A stretch of 64,000 bases of DNA. It comes from Nitrosopumilus sp. (GTDB taxonomy: Archaea; Thermoproteota; Nitrososphaeria; Nitrososphaerales; Nitrosopumilaceae). Shown here piece by piece: positions 41,483 through 52,625 of this stretch. The translations under genes were made by a program, and so were the position numbers. The stretch is from contig OZ240211.1 in assembly GCA_965197525.1 (NCBI GenBank), forward strand, positions 640,001 to 704,000, read 5' to 3'. Each line of letters begins with the position of its first letter. Position 1 is the stretch's first letter. Under the pieces are notes generated by a model. It was not told where the DNA came from and did no database searches. It worked only from the letters and a program-made list of their open reading frames with translations.

Positions 41483-42899
41483 GCAAAGCACCCAACCTCG
41501 GCATAACAACCTCAACTTGCTCTCTAACTAGCTGTGTGTAATAGTTAATCAGAATATCAACCATCAGCAAGACGCCGATGCCAGAACCAAATACTCCCAA
41601 GACATCTGATACTCCTGCCAAAAGACCAAGAATCATAGAACCAATCAGTGTAACTGACGGAATATACTTGTTAAGCAAGGCCTCAACTGGTTTGTTTGAG
41701 CGACGGAACCCTGGAATCTGGACATCTGCATCCAATAAATTCTGGGCAGCGCTCTTAGGGGATAGACCGCCTAGCTCAACCCATAGTTTGCCAAATACGA
41801 CAACGATACCTATCATAAATATAACATAGCCTACTGCGCGCATGGGGTCAAGGGCTACAATATCAAGTCCTCGTGGTGGCGTGATATAGTATATCAGACC
41901 TCCGATTGGGGTTGACGGGCTCGTCGGGTCAAACTGAGCTATAAAATTCATGAAAAACTGATTGTTCCGCGGGTTAAAGTTGGACCACAACGTCTGAAAT
42001 ACAAATACGGCATTGGCAGTCAATGCTGATGCCAAGATTACAGGAATGTTAGAGACGTACATCATTTTGATAGGATACACAGCAGAGAAACCCCTGTATT
42101 TGGTAGAGACGATTGGTATCTCTATCTTCATACCCTGTGTGAATACGAGAATCAACAGTATGCCAGCAGTAAGACACAGACCAAAGATACTCGGTAGCTG
42201 GTTTGACCGGAAAAAGATGTTTGATACATCGCCTGCTAGAACGGATTGCGCAATATACGGAATTATGCCGATGGTTCCACCATCACCTGCAGGTAGAGGG
42301 CTGAACAGACTCCAGAGTATTTGTTGTGCAACACCTGCCATAATGAACAAGCTGATACCACTGCCAAGACCCCAGCCTTTCTGTATTAACTCATCGAGGA
42401 ACATGATAAGAACAGACGCGGCCATCAACTGCCCAATCATGACATACAGCACATGCGGTTCGGTAACGCCCGGACCGTATACTGCTATAGCGTATATTAT
42501 AGATTCTGCAATGATTACTACATAAGTGACAAGTTTTGTGGCAGTCTGAAATATTCCACGTTCTTCTGGCTTCTTAAAGTCAAACTTTAGTATCTCAGAT
42601 CCTCTCAATAGCTGCATCAACAATCCGGCAGTAACTATAGGCCCTATGCCTAATTCCACTAGAGTGCCCTGTTGTGATGCAAAGATTACTCTTGCAAATG
42701 CCAGAAAATCAAATTCTGGCGCTGTTGCCCCAAATAGAGGAGTTTGTCCCATCACCATGTAAATCAACAGTGCAATTCCACACCAGAGTAATCTCACTTG
42801 TAGTGGAATCTTCTTTTTGGGTTTTGGAACTTGTGGCAGGTATGGTTCTACCCTAAAAACAACTTTGCGTATAATAGCAGTTAGACTACCCTCAGCCAT
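41469..42899 (-). CDS. secY: Preprotein translocase SecY
   Basis: GTLVELGIGPIVTAGL, GSGISLFI, SNIPVIL, GIGVLLMV. Confidence 0.97.
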   Translation of the reverse strand: MAEGSLTAIIRKVVFRVEPYLPQVPKPKKKIPLQVRLLWCGIALLIYMVMGQTPLFGATAPEFDFLAFARVIFASQQGTLVELGIGPIVTAGLLMQLLRGSEILKFDFKKPEERGIFQTATKLVTYVVIIAESIIYAIAVYGPGVTEPHVLYVMIGQLMAASVLIMFLDELIQKGWGLGSGISLFIMAGVAQQILWSLFSPLPAGDGGTIGIIPYIAQSVLAGDVSNIFFRSNQLPSIFGLCLTAGILLILVFTQGMKIEIPIVSTKYRGFSAVYPIKMMYVSNIPVILASALTANAVFVFQTLWSNFNPRNNQFFMNFIAQFDPTSPSTPIGGLIYYITPPRGLDIVALDPMRAVGYVIFMIGIVVVFGKLWVELGGLSPKSAAQNLLDADVQIPGFRRSNKPVEALLNKYIPSVTLIGSMILGLLAGVSDVLGVFGSGIGVLLMVDILINYYTQLVREQVEVVMPRLGALLGRK

Positions 42900-43320
42900 T
42901 GTTTTGTAACACCTCGCCCCCGACGGACTTTAGTTTATTCTCTGCAGATACGGTATACTTGGGTATGATGACAGAGTAAGCATGGCTACCAATCTTACCG
43001 CCACCAAGAAGTTTGTCGTACCCTGCACTTGTAAGATCTATGACTTTTTTACCATCTATGCTTTTGCCATGTTTGGCAAACATATCATCTAGATCACGGA
43101 CGCTAATCCATTTTTTTGTAATGTTTGGGTGAGGTGGTTTAGTAGAATCGTGACCGTAATGATCTGGATCGTCTTTTAACATAGTACTGTAGTGATGTTT
43201 CATCATGCCAGTAATTCCCAAGCCACCCTTATGACCACTAGCACGGTGCTGTCCAACTTGTCCCCATCCCATGTGCCGTCCACCACGCAGACGCCTAGTC
43301 TTTCGTAGTCTAGTTGCCAT
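42892..43320 (-). CDS. rpl15: 50S ribosomal protein L15 (uL15)
   Basis: RRLRGGR..GWG, GYDKLLGGG. Confidence 0.95.
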   Translation of the reverse strand: MATRLRKTRRLRGGRHMGWGQVGQHRASGHKGGLGITGMMKHHYSTMLKDDPDHYGHDSTKPPHPNITKKWISVRDLDDMFAKHGKSIDGKKVIDLTSAGYDKLLGGGKIGSHAYSVIIPKYTVSAENKLKSVGGEVLQNNG

Positions 43321-43789
43321 CAGGTATCATCCTCCTTACAATGGTATCTAGTTCTTTGTTATGTCCCAGCATTCCGCGTTGACCGTAGAGTTTTTTGGTG
43401 CTTCGCTTGAATCCCAATCTTGGAGGGGATAGAGCAAACCATGGTTTTAGGGGTTTTAATTTAGAGAGCGTTGCTTTGCCGTTTGCAAGTGCTGTTGCTA
43501 GTTCGTCTGTACTTGCAAATCCTAGTTTATTTAGATCCTCGGCGGTAATCTTTTTGTAACCTGATTTTCGTGCCTTTTTTTCTACTAGTTCTTTTGCAAG
43601 TGAGGCATCAAGAGATATCCAGGATACGTAATGCTGTACCTTTTTTAGCATGCCTAGTGTGTTGTCTTTTGCAGGTAGGATAGTCGCACGGTATTTTTTG
43701 TCTAGTTTCAACAAAGTCATAGTTGTAGTTGCCCAGTATGGGCAGTCTGCCTGTCCTTTAATTCTAACAACAAGATATGCGTCTGCCAT
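43310..43789 (-). CDS. rpl30: 50S ribosomal protein L30 (uL30)
   Basis: LVVRIKG, GMLKKVQHYV, LSPPRLGF. Confidence 0.93.
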   Translation of the reverse strand: MADAYLVVRIKGQADCPYWATTTMTLLKLDKKYRATILPAKDNTLGMLKKVQHYVSWISLDASLAKELVEKKARKSGYKKITAEDLNKLGFASTDELATALANGKATLSKLKPLKPWFALSPPRLGFKRSTKKLYGQRGMLGHNKELDTIVRRMIPDGN

Positions 43790-43791
43790 TG

Positions 43792-44547
43792 TTATCCCTG
43801 ACTAAATGTCTGTCTTAGACAGTCCAGTATTGCCTTTGAAGTAGAGTTCATGGTAGGTGTAGAACCTTTTGCCGTAGTCCATGCGTCCTTGAGACCTGCT
43901 AACTCTAATAATCGTTTAATCTTACCTCCTGCAACAAGACCGAGTCCGCGTGGAGCAGGAATTATCTCGATGGTGACACTGCCACCCTTTCCTCGGACTT
44001 TGAATGGAACAGAGTGTTTCTGGTCACATCTGCACTCCCAGCTACCACATCCCATCTTGACAGGGTTGACATTGAGGTATGCCTGATTGGTGGCCTTCTC
44101 TATTGCAATACGCATCTGTTTTGATTTACCTTGACCGATGCCTAGGTAGCCATTCTCGTTACCGGCTGCAACAATAGCCTTGAATCTAGTTGATTGACCA
44201 TTTGAGGTCATCTTTTGAATTATCCCTACATCTACTACTTCACTTTTTAGATCCGGTAAAAGTTTCTTTATGATACCTGCCTCTTGAATTCGTAATCCTA
44301 ACTCTATAATTTCCTCTATGGAGGTTATCTCGCCTGATGAGACTTTTTGCCCCAGTATGGTTTTTGGAATCCAGACTTCTTCTTCTGCATCGCGTCTGGG
44401 GCGTCTTGGACGATCAGAGTTGTTGTTTGGACCTCTGCCTCCATTACCAGTAGATGATGGAGGGCCTCGTCCGTACACTGGTTTGTTCCTATCTCTACGT
44501 GGGGTATCGGATGGTTTTGCTTGCGTGGTAGCAGATGTCTGACTCAT
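43792..44547 (-). CDS. rps5: 30S ribosomal protein S5 (uS5)
   Basis: WIPKTILG, GCGSWEC, PAPRGLG. Confidence 0.95.
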   Translation of the reverse strand: MSQTSATTQAKPSDTPRRDRNKPVYGRGPPSSTGNGGRGPNNNSDRPRRPRRDAEEEVWIPKTILGQKVSSGEITSIEEIIELGLRIQEAGIIKKLLPDLKSEVVDVGIIQKMTSNGQSTRFKAIVAAGNENGYLGIGQGKSKQMRIAIEKATNQAYLNVNPVKMGCGSWECRCDQKHSVPFKVRGKGGSVTIEIIPAPRGLGLVAGGKIKRLLELAGLKDAWTTAKGSTPTMNSTSKAILDCLRQTFSQG

Positions 44548-45029
44548 GTAGTACTTTCACCATCAATCAGTAATTTTATCTTTGAGATCTCATTTTTTAC
44601 AGTAAGATGCTTGCCATTAATCCTGTCATCAGACGGAAATGTCTCAGTATTTGCAGGAACGTTGACGCCTGCATCAATGACTCCCTTTAGGGCAGCTGCC
44701 ATCCGTTGGGTGTATCTTCTAGTACCAGTATACAAGATAGCGTCATCGGCACCTTGGTTTAATGCCTTTTTGCCAGCTAGATAGCCAGTCAGATACGCTG
44801 CAGGCACGCTCTTTCTAGAACCCTTCCATCCTTTTCCCAAGAGGTAACGAGAATGAGCAGATGCTATGACGGTATCGCCTGCCATGCCAGGTTTTAGAAC
44901 TTGAACCAGAGTATTTTCATTTGTAATGTTTACAGTGATAAAATCTCGTTTTCCCATCAACATGGTGCCACGTTTCTTATAATTGGTCTTTTCTTCTCTT
45001 AATCTTCGAAGTATCTTAGAATATACCAT
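44544..45029 (-). CDS. rpl18: 50S ribosomal protein L18 (uL18)
   Basis: RRLREEKTNYKKR, PAAYLTG. Confidence 0.95.
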   Translation of the reverse strand: MVYSKILRRLREEKTNYKKRGTMLMGKRDFITVNITNENTLVQVLKPGMAGDTVIASAHSRYLLGKGWKGSRKSVPAAYLTGYLAGKKALNQGADDAILYTGTRRYTQRMAAALKGVIDAGVNVPANTETFPSDDRINGKHLTVKNEISKIKLLIDGESTT

Positions 45030-45492
45030 TGTATCATCTATAGATTCGAGTTTGAATGAGCTCTTATATACGTTAAGCGTGGATGAGTGAACTGAGATAT
45101 ACCTAAAATTTAGCCGATTGTGTTCTCAGAATAGTTTGGTGTGTTGCCTAGCAGATGACCTAAAAGATGGTTTGCAGTATAGAATATGACGGAGACTTTT
45201 TCAGGCATGCAGAACACTATAAAACGCCTTGTGATCTAGTGCCCATTGTAATTCTCTCGAGTATGATATACAATGTTCTCTGAGATCTTGAAGACATTAC
45301 AAGAATTACGTTGGATTGTATATAGAATCTATGGAATAAAGTATTCAACATGTTAATAATTTAAGGCTAGTGGCAGGTAAAGCGGCTCACAACAAATAAT
45401 TTCGAGTATTTGGTTTATCGTATTTGCATGCTGTAGAAAATCTTTATGATCTAATGTGATAAGAACGCAATGCTTCACACATGCATGTATCT

Positions 45493-46407
45493 CTAATATT
45501 GGGCGGCATTTACAATAATCGTTTGTATGTCTTCTTTGAAATTATTAGATGTAGGATGTTTTAGTAACTTTCTTTGTTTTGAAAAATCAGCATCTAAAAA
45601 TTGTACAAATCGGTATATGTTATCTCGGAATTCAGTTAGATATGTTTCAAATTTATCTTTGTGATTAGATATAGTCAGTGGGATTAGAGTAAACAAATCA
45701 CTTGTTTTTTCGCCGCTGATACATTTCAAAAAAAGTCTCAATACAAGCTCTGAACGATAAGTTGTCTGCATGTGATCATTAATTTCTTCTAAACGATCCT
45801 TAAAATGTAAAAATTTACGTAACATCTTTCTCTCATCACCTCGTACCACGTAAACATCACGGCTGAAATTGTTTATTAGGTCAGTTATTTTTTGCAATAC
45901 TGTGATCTTGCTTACGTATGAAAAACTATACAAATTGTACAACTCCAAAGGTAAGTCAGAATTAAGAAATTCAATCATTGATGTCTTCGTCCATTGTTCG
46001 TATGATTTTATCAAGTACTCTTGTAACATTTTGGTAGTGGTAGTAATCATTTCAATTTGCTGGTCATATGATAGTTTGGATAAACATATTTCATTAAATA
46101 CATTTGATAACGAAGTGTTTTCCATAAAACCATCGAAAGAGTTTTTCCAATATGCTAAGGCATCTGATACTTTTAACCAGTCTGGAGACAGTGAAACTGT
46201 TTCTATTGCATCAGTAAATTCATTTTCAAATATTTTTTCCACATCTAGTTTCTCATCTGAGTAAAGACGGATCCCAGTTGTCGATGTATAGGGGTTGACA
46301 TTTTCTTTGCTTATCTGAGGGTCAAGTCGTTGTACGATCACCGATAGTGCAGTTCTTGCATGATCTAGTCTATTATGACCATGCATTCCTTCGGGAACAA
46401 GCATCAT
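45493..46407 (-). CDS. Hypothetical helical protein
   Basis: 304-aa AT-rich ORF; no family recognised. Confidence 0.6.
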   Translation of the reverse strand: MMLVPEGMHGHNRLDHARTALSVIVQRLDPQISKENVNPYTSTTGIRLYSDEKLDVEKIFENEFTDAIETVSLSPDWLKVSDALAYWKNSFDGFMENTSLSNVFNEICLSKLSYDQQIEMITTTTKMLQEYLIKSYEQWTKTSMIEFLNSDLPLELYNLYSFSYVSKITVLQKITDLINNFSRDVYVVRGDERKMLRKFLHFKDRLEEINDHMQTTYRSELVLRLFLKCISGEKTSDLFTLIPLTISNHKDKFETYLTEFRDNIYRFVQFLDADFSKQRKLLKHPTSNNFKEDIQTIIVNAAQY

Positions 46408-46451
46408 ACGGTATATGATAATGCTAAGAAGTTATATCCTTTGCCAACATG

Positions 46452-47737
46452 GGCTCTGTGAAGTTATCAGGGGTTATCTGTCAATCCCTAAAATGTATAA
46501 ACATCTAAACCGTAAGATATTCGTTGAGAGCGATAAAGTCAATATCACAGAAATATACGCCAAACTCTGATCTAATGGATATGATGGCTATATTCACAAA
46601 GATGGTCAATCATTGCATCAAGATAGGGTTGAAAGAAGACACTCACAATATGAAGAGGTTGTCCATATTATGTTATCATGAATTACGTAATTATGACATT
46701 TTATCAACATACAAGATATGTGCAATATCAAGAGCTGCAGGCATATTATCAAACAGAAAACAATCAATCAAACGAGGTGTCAGAATAAGAGACCCGATAG
46801 TCAAAAATCCCTTTATGACAAACTGGTACGGCATAAAACACAACGGTGCACTATTAACAATCCCATACAAGAAACATAACCCAATCAACATTTTACTAAA
46901 CCAGCACACCCAAAAAATCCTATCTGATCCCGCCTTGACAGTGCACTCGTTTTCATTGACTGCTCTCAGCATCAGTCTTTGTGTTTCAAAAACAGTACAA
47001 GAGATAGAGTGCATCAAGAAAGTGGGAATAGACAGAAATCTGAGAAATGTGACGTGTGGGAACGAGAAAGAGGTGACAGTCTACAAGACAAACAAACTGT
47101 TATCCATAAAGGAGAACACAATACACGCCAGGGCAGGCTTTCACAGAAATGATCGCAGGAAGAAAGGTCAATTCTGGAAACAAAGACAGAGACGAATGAG
47201 CAATAGGGCAAAGCAGTACATCCACAGAATCTCAAAGGATATAGTAGACAGCGCAGTCAAAAACAAGACTGCAATCGTCATGGAAAACCTGAAAGGAATA
47301 AGAAAATTGTACCGAAAAGGAAACAGTCAAGGTAACAAGTATAGACGTAGATTGAACGGGTGGCAGTTCTACGAGTTACAACGCCAAATAGAATACAAAG
47401 CCCAATGGGTCGGGTTGCCTCCAGTCGAGACAGTAGACCCAAGAAACACGAGCACGCAGTGTCCGAAATGCGGAAAGAGACTCCAAGAGGACATGCAACA
47501 ACATCGTAAAATGTCGTGTAATAATTGCGGGTTGTTTATGGACAGGGATATTATCGCTGCCATGAACATATCACGCAAGCTGCCCCCTAGGTTTAGGGGT
47601 AGTAGAGATGACATAGATGAAGCGCAGTCTGGCACTTTTGAGCCGGTGATGACGGAACCCGGCACACCATTGGTAATCCGAATAGTCGATATGTCAAAGT
47701 CAAGTTTAGGGGTAACTCTCGATAACTTCACAGAACC
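46452..47737 (+). mobile_element. TnpB-only element with IS6-like TIRs, copy 3 (1286 bp), 8-bp TSD CCAACATG
   Basis: TIRs match at 21/25; CCAACATG at 46444-46451 and 47738-47745. Confidence 0.92.
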
Positions 47738-47750
47738 CCAACATGCTTGA
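46524..47750 (+). CDS. tnpB: TnpB RNA-guided nuclease (copy 3); reads through the right TIR and TSD
   Basis: Intact RuvC triad and Zn finger; a 1-nt deletion near the right end removes the TIR-embedded stop used by copies 1 and 2. Confidence 0.95.
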   Translation: MRAIKSISQKYTPNSDLMDMMAIFTKMVNHCIKIGLKEDTHNMKRLSILCYHELRNYDILSTYKICAISRAAGILSNRKQSIKRGVRIRDPIVKNPFMTNWYGIKHNGALLTIPYKKHNPINILLNQHTQKILSDPALTVHSFSLTALSISLCVSKTVQEIECIKKVGIDRNLRNVTCGNEKEVTVYKTNKLLSIKENTIHARAGFHRNDRRKKGQFWKQRQRRMSNRAKQYIHRISKDIVDSAVKNKTAIVMENLKGIRKLYRKGNSQGNKYRRRLNGWQFYELQRQIEYKAQWVGLPPVETVDPRNTSTQCPKCGKRLQEDMQQHRKMSCNNCGLFMDRDIIAAMNISRKLPPRFRGSRDDIDEAQSGTFEPVMTEPGTPLVIRIVDMSKSSLGVTLDNFTEPQHA

Positions 47751-48003
47751 GGCCATAGGAATAATTATACGCCTTTGCTTGACTAGGAAATGGAATTGTA
47801 TTTTTACCTAAATCGTCATAATTTATGAATAAAAACACATCAAAAACAATGTTTTTGTAGATGTTGGAGGATTATTACACGTATCTGCACTGCCAAGACA
47901 AAAACAGTATTTGTAGCATCGTGTATGGGAGTATGGTCACTACTTTATCATCATCAAGTTTGTCTAATTTGAGAACACAATCGACTAAATGCCAGATATG
48001 TCT

Positions 48004-48924
48004 TCATCTACTGCAAATAAGGGCTGCAAGTAGGGCTTTTTGGGTATGTAGACGATTTTCTGCATTATCCCAGACAAGTGACTGTGTACCATCAATTACA
48101 GAAGAGGTGACTTCCTGACCTCGTTTGGCAGGAAGGCAATGCAAGAATACCGCGTCAGGGTTGGCAGTACGCATCAATGCATCATTTACCTGATATTTTG
48201 GAAGGAATTTTTTCAGGCGTTTGGGATCTGAGTTGTGAATGGATGAATAGGTATCAGTAACTACAACGTCAGCGTTTTGCGTAGCTATCTTTGGGTTTGT
48301 AGTCAATGTGACATCAATCGATTTGCGAGCATTGGCAACTACTGTATTATTGGGTTCAAATCCTTTTGGCGTTGCAATGGAGATATCAACGTGTGCGAGT
48401 GCTGCACCGTATATCATGGAATTGCATACGTTGTTTCCATCTCCAATCCACGCAATTTTGAGATTATCAAAGGTGTGTTTATGTTCTTTGATAGTCATGA
48501 AATCAGCTAGTGTCTGACAAGGGTGAAAGGAGTCTGATAATCCGTTAATTACTGGGATGGTAGCATGCGCTGCCAGTTTTTGTACCATATCATGTTCATA
48601 CACACGTGCCATTATGCAATCACAATAACCGGAGAGCGTCCTTGCGGTGTCTTCAATAGATTCACCACGGGAGAGTTGCATGTCTCCAGATGAGAGATTG
48701 ATTGCATGCCCGCCTAGCTGAAACATGCCAACCTCAAAGCTTACACGTGTACGGGTGGATGGTTTTTGGAATATCATTGCAAGCGTCTTGTCTTTTAAGA
48801 TGGGTTTAGATTTTTTATTTTGTTTGAGCTGTTTTTTTAATTTTATTGAATGGTTAACGAGGTTTAGAAATTCTTTTGAGGTTAGTTCTGCTAGTGTGAG
48901 TAGATCCTTGGTAGATAGTTTCAT
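48004..48924 (-). CDS. argF: Ornithine carbamoyltransferase
   Basis: [21 protein letters not shown]. Confidence 0.95.
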   Translation of the reverse strand: MKLSTKDLLTLAELTSKEFLNLVNHSIKLKKQLKQNKKSKPILKDKTLAMIFQKPSTRTRVSFEVGMFQLGGHAINLSSGDMQLSRGESIEDTARTLSGYCDCIMARVYEHDMVQKLAAHATIPVINGLSDSFHPCQTLADFMTIKEHKHTFDNLKIAWIGDGNNVCNSMIYGAALAHVDISIATPKGFEPNNTVVANARKSIDVTLTTNPKIATQNADVVVTDTYSSIHNSDPKRLKKFLPKYQVNDALMRTANPDAVFLHCLPAKRGQEVTSSVIDGTQSLVWDNAENRLHTQKALLAALICSR

Positions 48925-50546
48925 TTTCCAAAGAACCCCATTACACCACGTCGTTTCTTCTTTTTGTCATGTTTTGTTTGCTCATGATCACCATTTTCAT
49001 TATCATCATTGTTACTGTCATGTTTTTGTATAATTTCTTTAGGTTTGTTATTAAGATTTTGATCAGAGGATGGGTTGTCAATAGTAGCGTCAGGATTGGC
49101 CTGTTTATGTTTGTCATGGATGATATCTTCTTCTTCACCGTCAAAAATTTCACCGGGTTTGGGTCTACCAAGTTTAGTCCATTTGCGGATTTTGGCTGCA
49201 AGTTTTATGGCATCGCGATCATTTTCAGGAGGTGGCACATCAAACAGATCAGAATAAGTTGCAATGTCATCATCGACAATCCCATAAAATGGATCGTCTG
49301 ATTGGGGAGATGGCTCTGGCTCAAGTTGGGGTTCTGGTTTAGGCTCAAGTTTGGGTTCTGGCTCTGGTTTAGGCTCAAGTTTGGGTTCGGGTTTAGGCTT
49401 GGGTTCTGGTTTAGGCTCAAGTTTGGGTTCGGGTTTAGGCTTGGGTTCTGGCTTAGGCTCAAGTTTGGGTTCGGGTTTAGGCTTGGGTTCTGGCTTAGGC
49501 TCAAGTTTGGGTTCGGGTTTAGGCTTGGGTTCTGGTTCAGATTCAATCTCAGGTACGGATTCCAATTCTACTTTAGATTTGACAGGTGTCGTCTCAGACA
49601 TAGTTTGAGATTCGCTAGTCTCATCTGGTTTGATATCATCCAAAGATCCAAAAACTGTCTCTAGAAAAATTTTTTTGTCAAACGGTACCAAGTCACCATA
49701 CTCTTGTCCAACTCCAATAAACATAATAGGTGTAGACGTAACCTTTACAATCGATAGTGCAGCACCGCCTCGGGCATCAGCATCGCTTTTTGTTAAAATA
49801 GATCCATCAAATTTTACATGCTCGTAAAATTCACGTGCTTGATTCACAGTATCATTTCCAGCAAGAGAATCACCGACAAAAATTTTCATGTCAGGTTGTA
49901 CGACATTTGAGATTTTAGCTATCTGTTCCATTAAATTTTTACTTGTCTGCATTCTTCCTGCAGTGTCAATTAATACACAATGAGTTTTATGCGACTTGGC
50001 ATACAAAACAGCATCACGTGCAACTGCCGCTGGATCAGATTCATAGTTTTGGGCAACGAGTTTTAGATTAAGACGGTTAGTATGTGTTTTTAATTGTTCA
50101 ATCGCACCAGCTCGAAATGTATCAGCTGCTGCTACAACAACAGAATATTTTGCCTGTTGCAACATGTGTGCAATTTTTGCCAGAGAAGTGGTCTTGCCGG
50201 TTCCGTTGATTCCGACAAACAAAATAATAAACGGTTGCTGGAGTTCTTTTTTTTCATTAATTTTTTCAAACAGATTAATTTGTCCAGCAGTATCAAACAG
50301 TTCAGAAATATTAGAGATCAGAGTATCTTTAACGAATTTTTCAATCTCATTTTTATTAACTTTGGTACCAATTAATTTTTCTTTTAGGTCGGATTTAATA
50401 GAATCAATTACTTCTGCTGCAACATCAGATTCCAGCAAAGAGATCTCCAAATTAAATAAAATATCATCAATGTCTTTTTCCTTGAGTTCCTTTTCGCTAA
50501 AACTCTTTGCAGTGTTTGAAAAAACATTACGAAGGTTATCAAACAT
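48921..50546 (-). CDS. ftsY: SRP receptor FtsY with C-terminal Pro/Glu/Lys repeat extension
   Basis: [29 protein letters not shown]. Confidence 0.95.
   Translation of the reverse strand: MFDNLRNVFSNTAKSFSEKELKEKDIDDILFNLEISLLESDVAAEVIDSIKSDLKEKLIGTKVNKNEIEKFVKDTLISNISELFDTAGQINLFEKINEKKELQQPFIILFVGINGTGKTTSLAKIAHMLQQAKYSVVVAAADTFRAGAIEQLKTHTNRLNLKLVAQNYESDPAAVARDAVLYAKSHKTHCVLIDTAGRMQTSKNLMEQIAKISNVVQPDMKIFVGDSLAGNDTVNQAREFYEHVKFDGSILTKSDADARGGAALSIVKVTSTPIMFIGVGQEYGDLVPFDKKIFLETVFGSLDDIKPDETSESQTMSETTPVKSKVELESVPEIESEPEPKPKPEPKLEPKPEPKPKPEPKLEPKPEPKPKPEPKLEPKPEPKPKPEPKLEPKPEPEPKLEPKPEPQLEPEPSPQSDDPFYGIVDDDIATYSDLFDVPPPENDRDAIKLAAKIRKWTKLGRPKPGEIFDGEEEDIIHDKHKQANPDATIDNPSSDQNLNNKPKEIIQKHDSNNDDNENGDHEQTKHDKKKKRRGVMGFFGK
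49312..49540 (-). repeat. Coding tandem repeat, 36-bp unit ([14 protein letters not shown]-like 12-aa period) within ftsY
   Basis: About 4 near-perfect 36-bp units plus degenerate flanking units. Confidence 0.9.
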
Positions 50547-50552
50547 GCCTCA

Positions 50553-50975
50553 TCACATGTTTTGAGAAGAGTGAGATTGTACAAGTTGGTTAATTTGCGC
50601 CTTTCCTTGTTCCAATCTTGAGGCTATCTCTTGTTTTTTGGCATTATTATCTTGTAAGGCAATCTCTGCTTCTTTGTATCGTGCCTCAAAATAGTTGATA
50701 GTTGAGGAAAAATCTTTCTCTACTGCAACGCCGGATCCAATTTTTAAGATAATTTTAGAATCAGAGGATATTTTTGATGGCAGATAGGCACCCATTCCGA
50801 TTGGAACCAGAGTCTCTGATTCAGAGTTTTGGGATAATGACTTTATAGATTCTATTGCAGCCGAGGTCTCATTGAGAATGTTCATAAAAGTACTTTCCCT
50901 ATAAGATAGATCAGAATAATATTTCTCAAGCATCTGCATGTGTTGCGCCAATTGCTCGGCTTGGGCTTGACTCAT
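50553..50975 (-). CDS. pfdA: Prefoldin alpha subunit
   Basis: LVPIGMGAY, IGSGVAVEK; upstream of ftsY. Confidence 0.9.
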   Translation of the reverse strand: MSQAQAEQLAQHMQMLEKYYSDLSYRESTFMNILNETSAAIESIKSLSQNSESETLVPIGMGAYLPSKISSDSKIILKIGSGVAVEKDFSSTINYFEARYKEAEIALQDNNAKKQEIASRLEQGKAQINQLVQSHSSQNM

Positions 50976-51218
50976 TGAATAGATTAAACGGTTGTGGTTA
51001 TAAATTCATTGACAGATCAGGTAATCTAGAATAAAAGCAGGTAATGGTGTTTTGAGGCAGATGATCCCTATACCATGCAAGTACAAGGAATCATCAGGAT
51101 GATAACGTGGCGAATCGTAGGAGATTAGGGTGTGTTGCTATTTCCTGAATAGTATGAGAGGATTCTTGTAACCTTTGCGTGTACTGTTGGCAGACAAAAA
51201 TCGCAGTACTGCATCACG

Positions 51219-51887
51219 TCATGCAGCAGTATATGGACGTTGAATGGATACCTTGACATTAAGACCTAGGTGTATGCGTACCTTGGTAAGTTGTTTCCAA
51301 GAGTCAAATTTTGACGGGATTTCGTTATTCTTTTGGTTGGAATCGTATGCGTGTGCAACAGACAGGTTGTACACGTCATTGCACTCAGTCAGTGTCTTGT
51401 ATATCTTCTCGGAGATGGAGGGGTCTTGGTAAAAATCTAATTTGTATGTAAGTATCAACAAACAAGTATTCTCTTTAGATTCTAAAAAGATTACTAATGA
51501 GCCTAGTCTACTCAAATATGTAATCCCCTAAGTTATCTTGTATGAGACAAGGTTCTCTATAGGATATGGATTCTTAGGGATCATCTTTTTACATTGAAAT
51601 TCATCAATACTGTTACCTATGTTGTTCATGACAAGTTCAAACTCGTCTACTGGTTATCTGCTGATGAGGTCTATGCCCTTACTCATACGCCGGACCTCGA
51701 ATCCGTGTTGGTGAAATGGCATGCACAACCTGCCACGTGTAACACATTTGATCTCTTGTGTGATGTGTTTGTGTATTTCAAAACACATGATAAACTTTTC
51801 TACAAGTGGATCTGCTGAAAATCCGTATTTTTTTGAGATCTCCAACACATTCTCCTTGGTAAGTAAATCCGAATAATAGAGAGTCAT
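51219..51887 (-). pseudogene. Fragmented AbiEii-like nucleotidyltransferase (type IV toxin-like)
   Basis: VEKFIMCFE...RGRLCMPFH...RRMSKGIDL resembles the KGG...RFSxDID motif; broken into short ORFs. Confidence 0.5.
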
Positions 51888-52338
51888 AGTCTATCCTCTA
51901 ACATGGATTCTTCTAATGCGTGTTTATCTGAGAGGTATTCTTTGTATTGTCCCGAAAGTGGTTCACCCCTCACATCAGGCTCATAGCCTAGGTGGGCGTG
52001 TTCCATGACTGATTTTTTCAGCAGTATGACATCCCATGTAAAAGTAAGATTGGATGATGATATAATTAGTACGGGACAAAGATCCGCTCATTTTTACGCA
52101 CAAAATACAACGAATTTGGTAAAAACAATTAAGAAAGTTTTAGAAAATTTAGGAAATTTCCCCATGTTTAATCTGAACGAATATCTAAAAATCAAACATG
52201 TTTTGAAAAACTAGAGTATTTTGGCAAATTTTGTGCTAGTACAATACCCTTCAACATCCTTAATTATAAAAACAAAAATCAAGAAATTTTTTTATAAAAA
52301 AATAATTTTTATAAACTAAGCACAATTAAGTTTATAGT

Positions 52339-52625
52339 ATGACAAACATCTGGACAGATCTTGGACTGACTGATAACCCATATGATCCAAGACCACTTTC
52401 AATTGATGCAGACGACAGAGAATTGTTTGTAGGTCGTACAAAAACACTTCACGAATTCAATACCCTTCTAAGCAGTAATAGAGGCGGGATAATAATAGTC
52501 GAAGGTGGGGTAGGAGTAGGCAAGACAAGTTTTGTTAATATCGGCCTGTATGACAAGTTAGAGTCGGACAGATATCTTCCCTGCAACAAAATAGAACTGG
52601 AAAGCAATATGGATGTTGTCCAGTT
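52339..52625 (+). pseudogene. Truncated P-loop AAA/STAND-type ATPase (N-terminus only)
   Basis: LFVGR...IVEGGVGVGKTS; its ORF tail is the antisense of the convergent gene, placing a fusion junction near 52620. Confidence 0.65.

Noticed and set aside
45030-46450. Break of the spc ribosomal operon upstream of rpl18 caused by the TnpB element
   Set aside because: Copy 3 has an intact TSD, so it is a clean insertion; as I recall, rpl18-secY is separate from the rest of the operon in related thaumarchaea.
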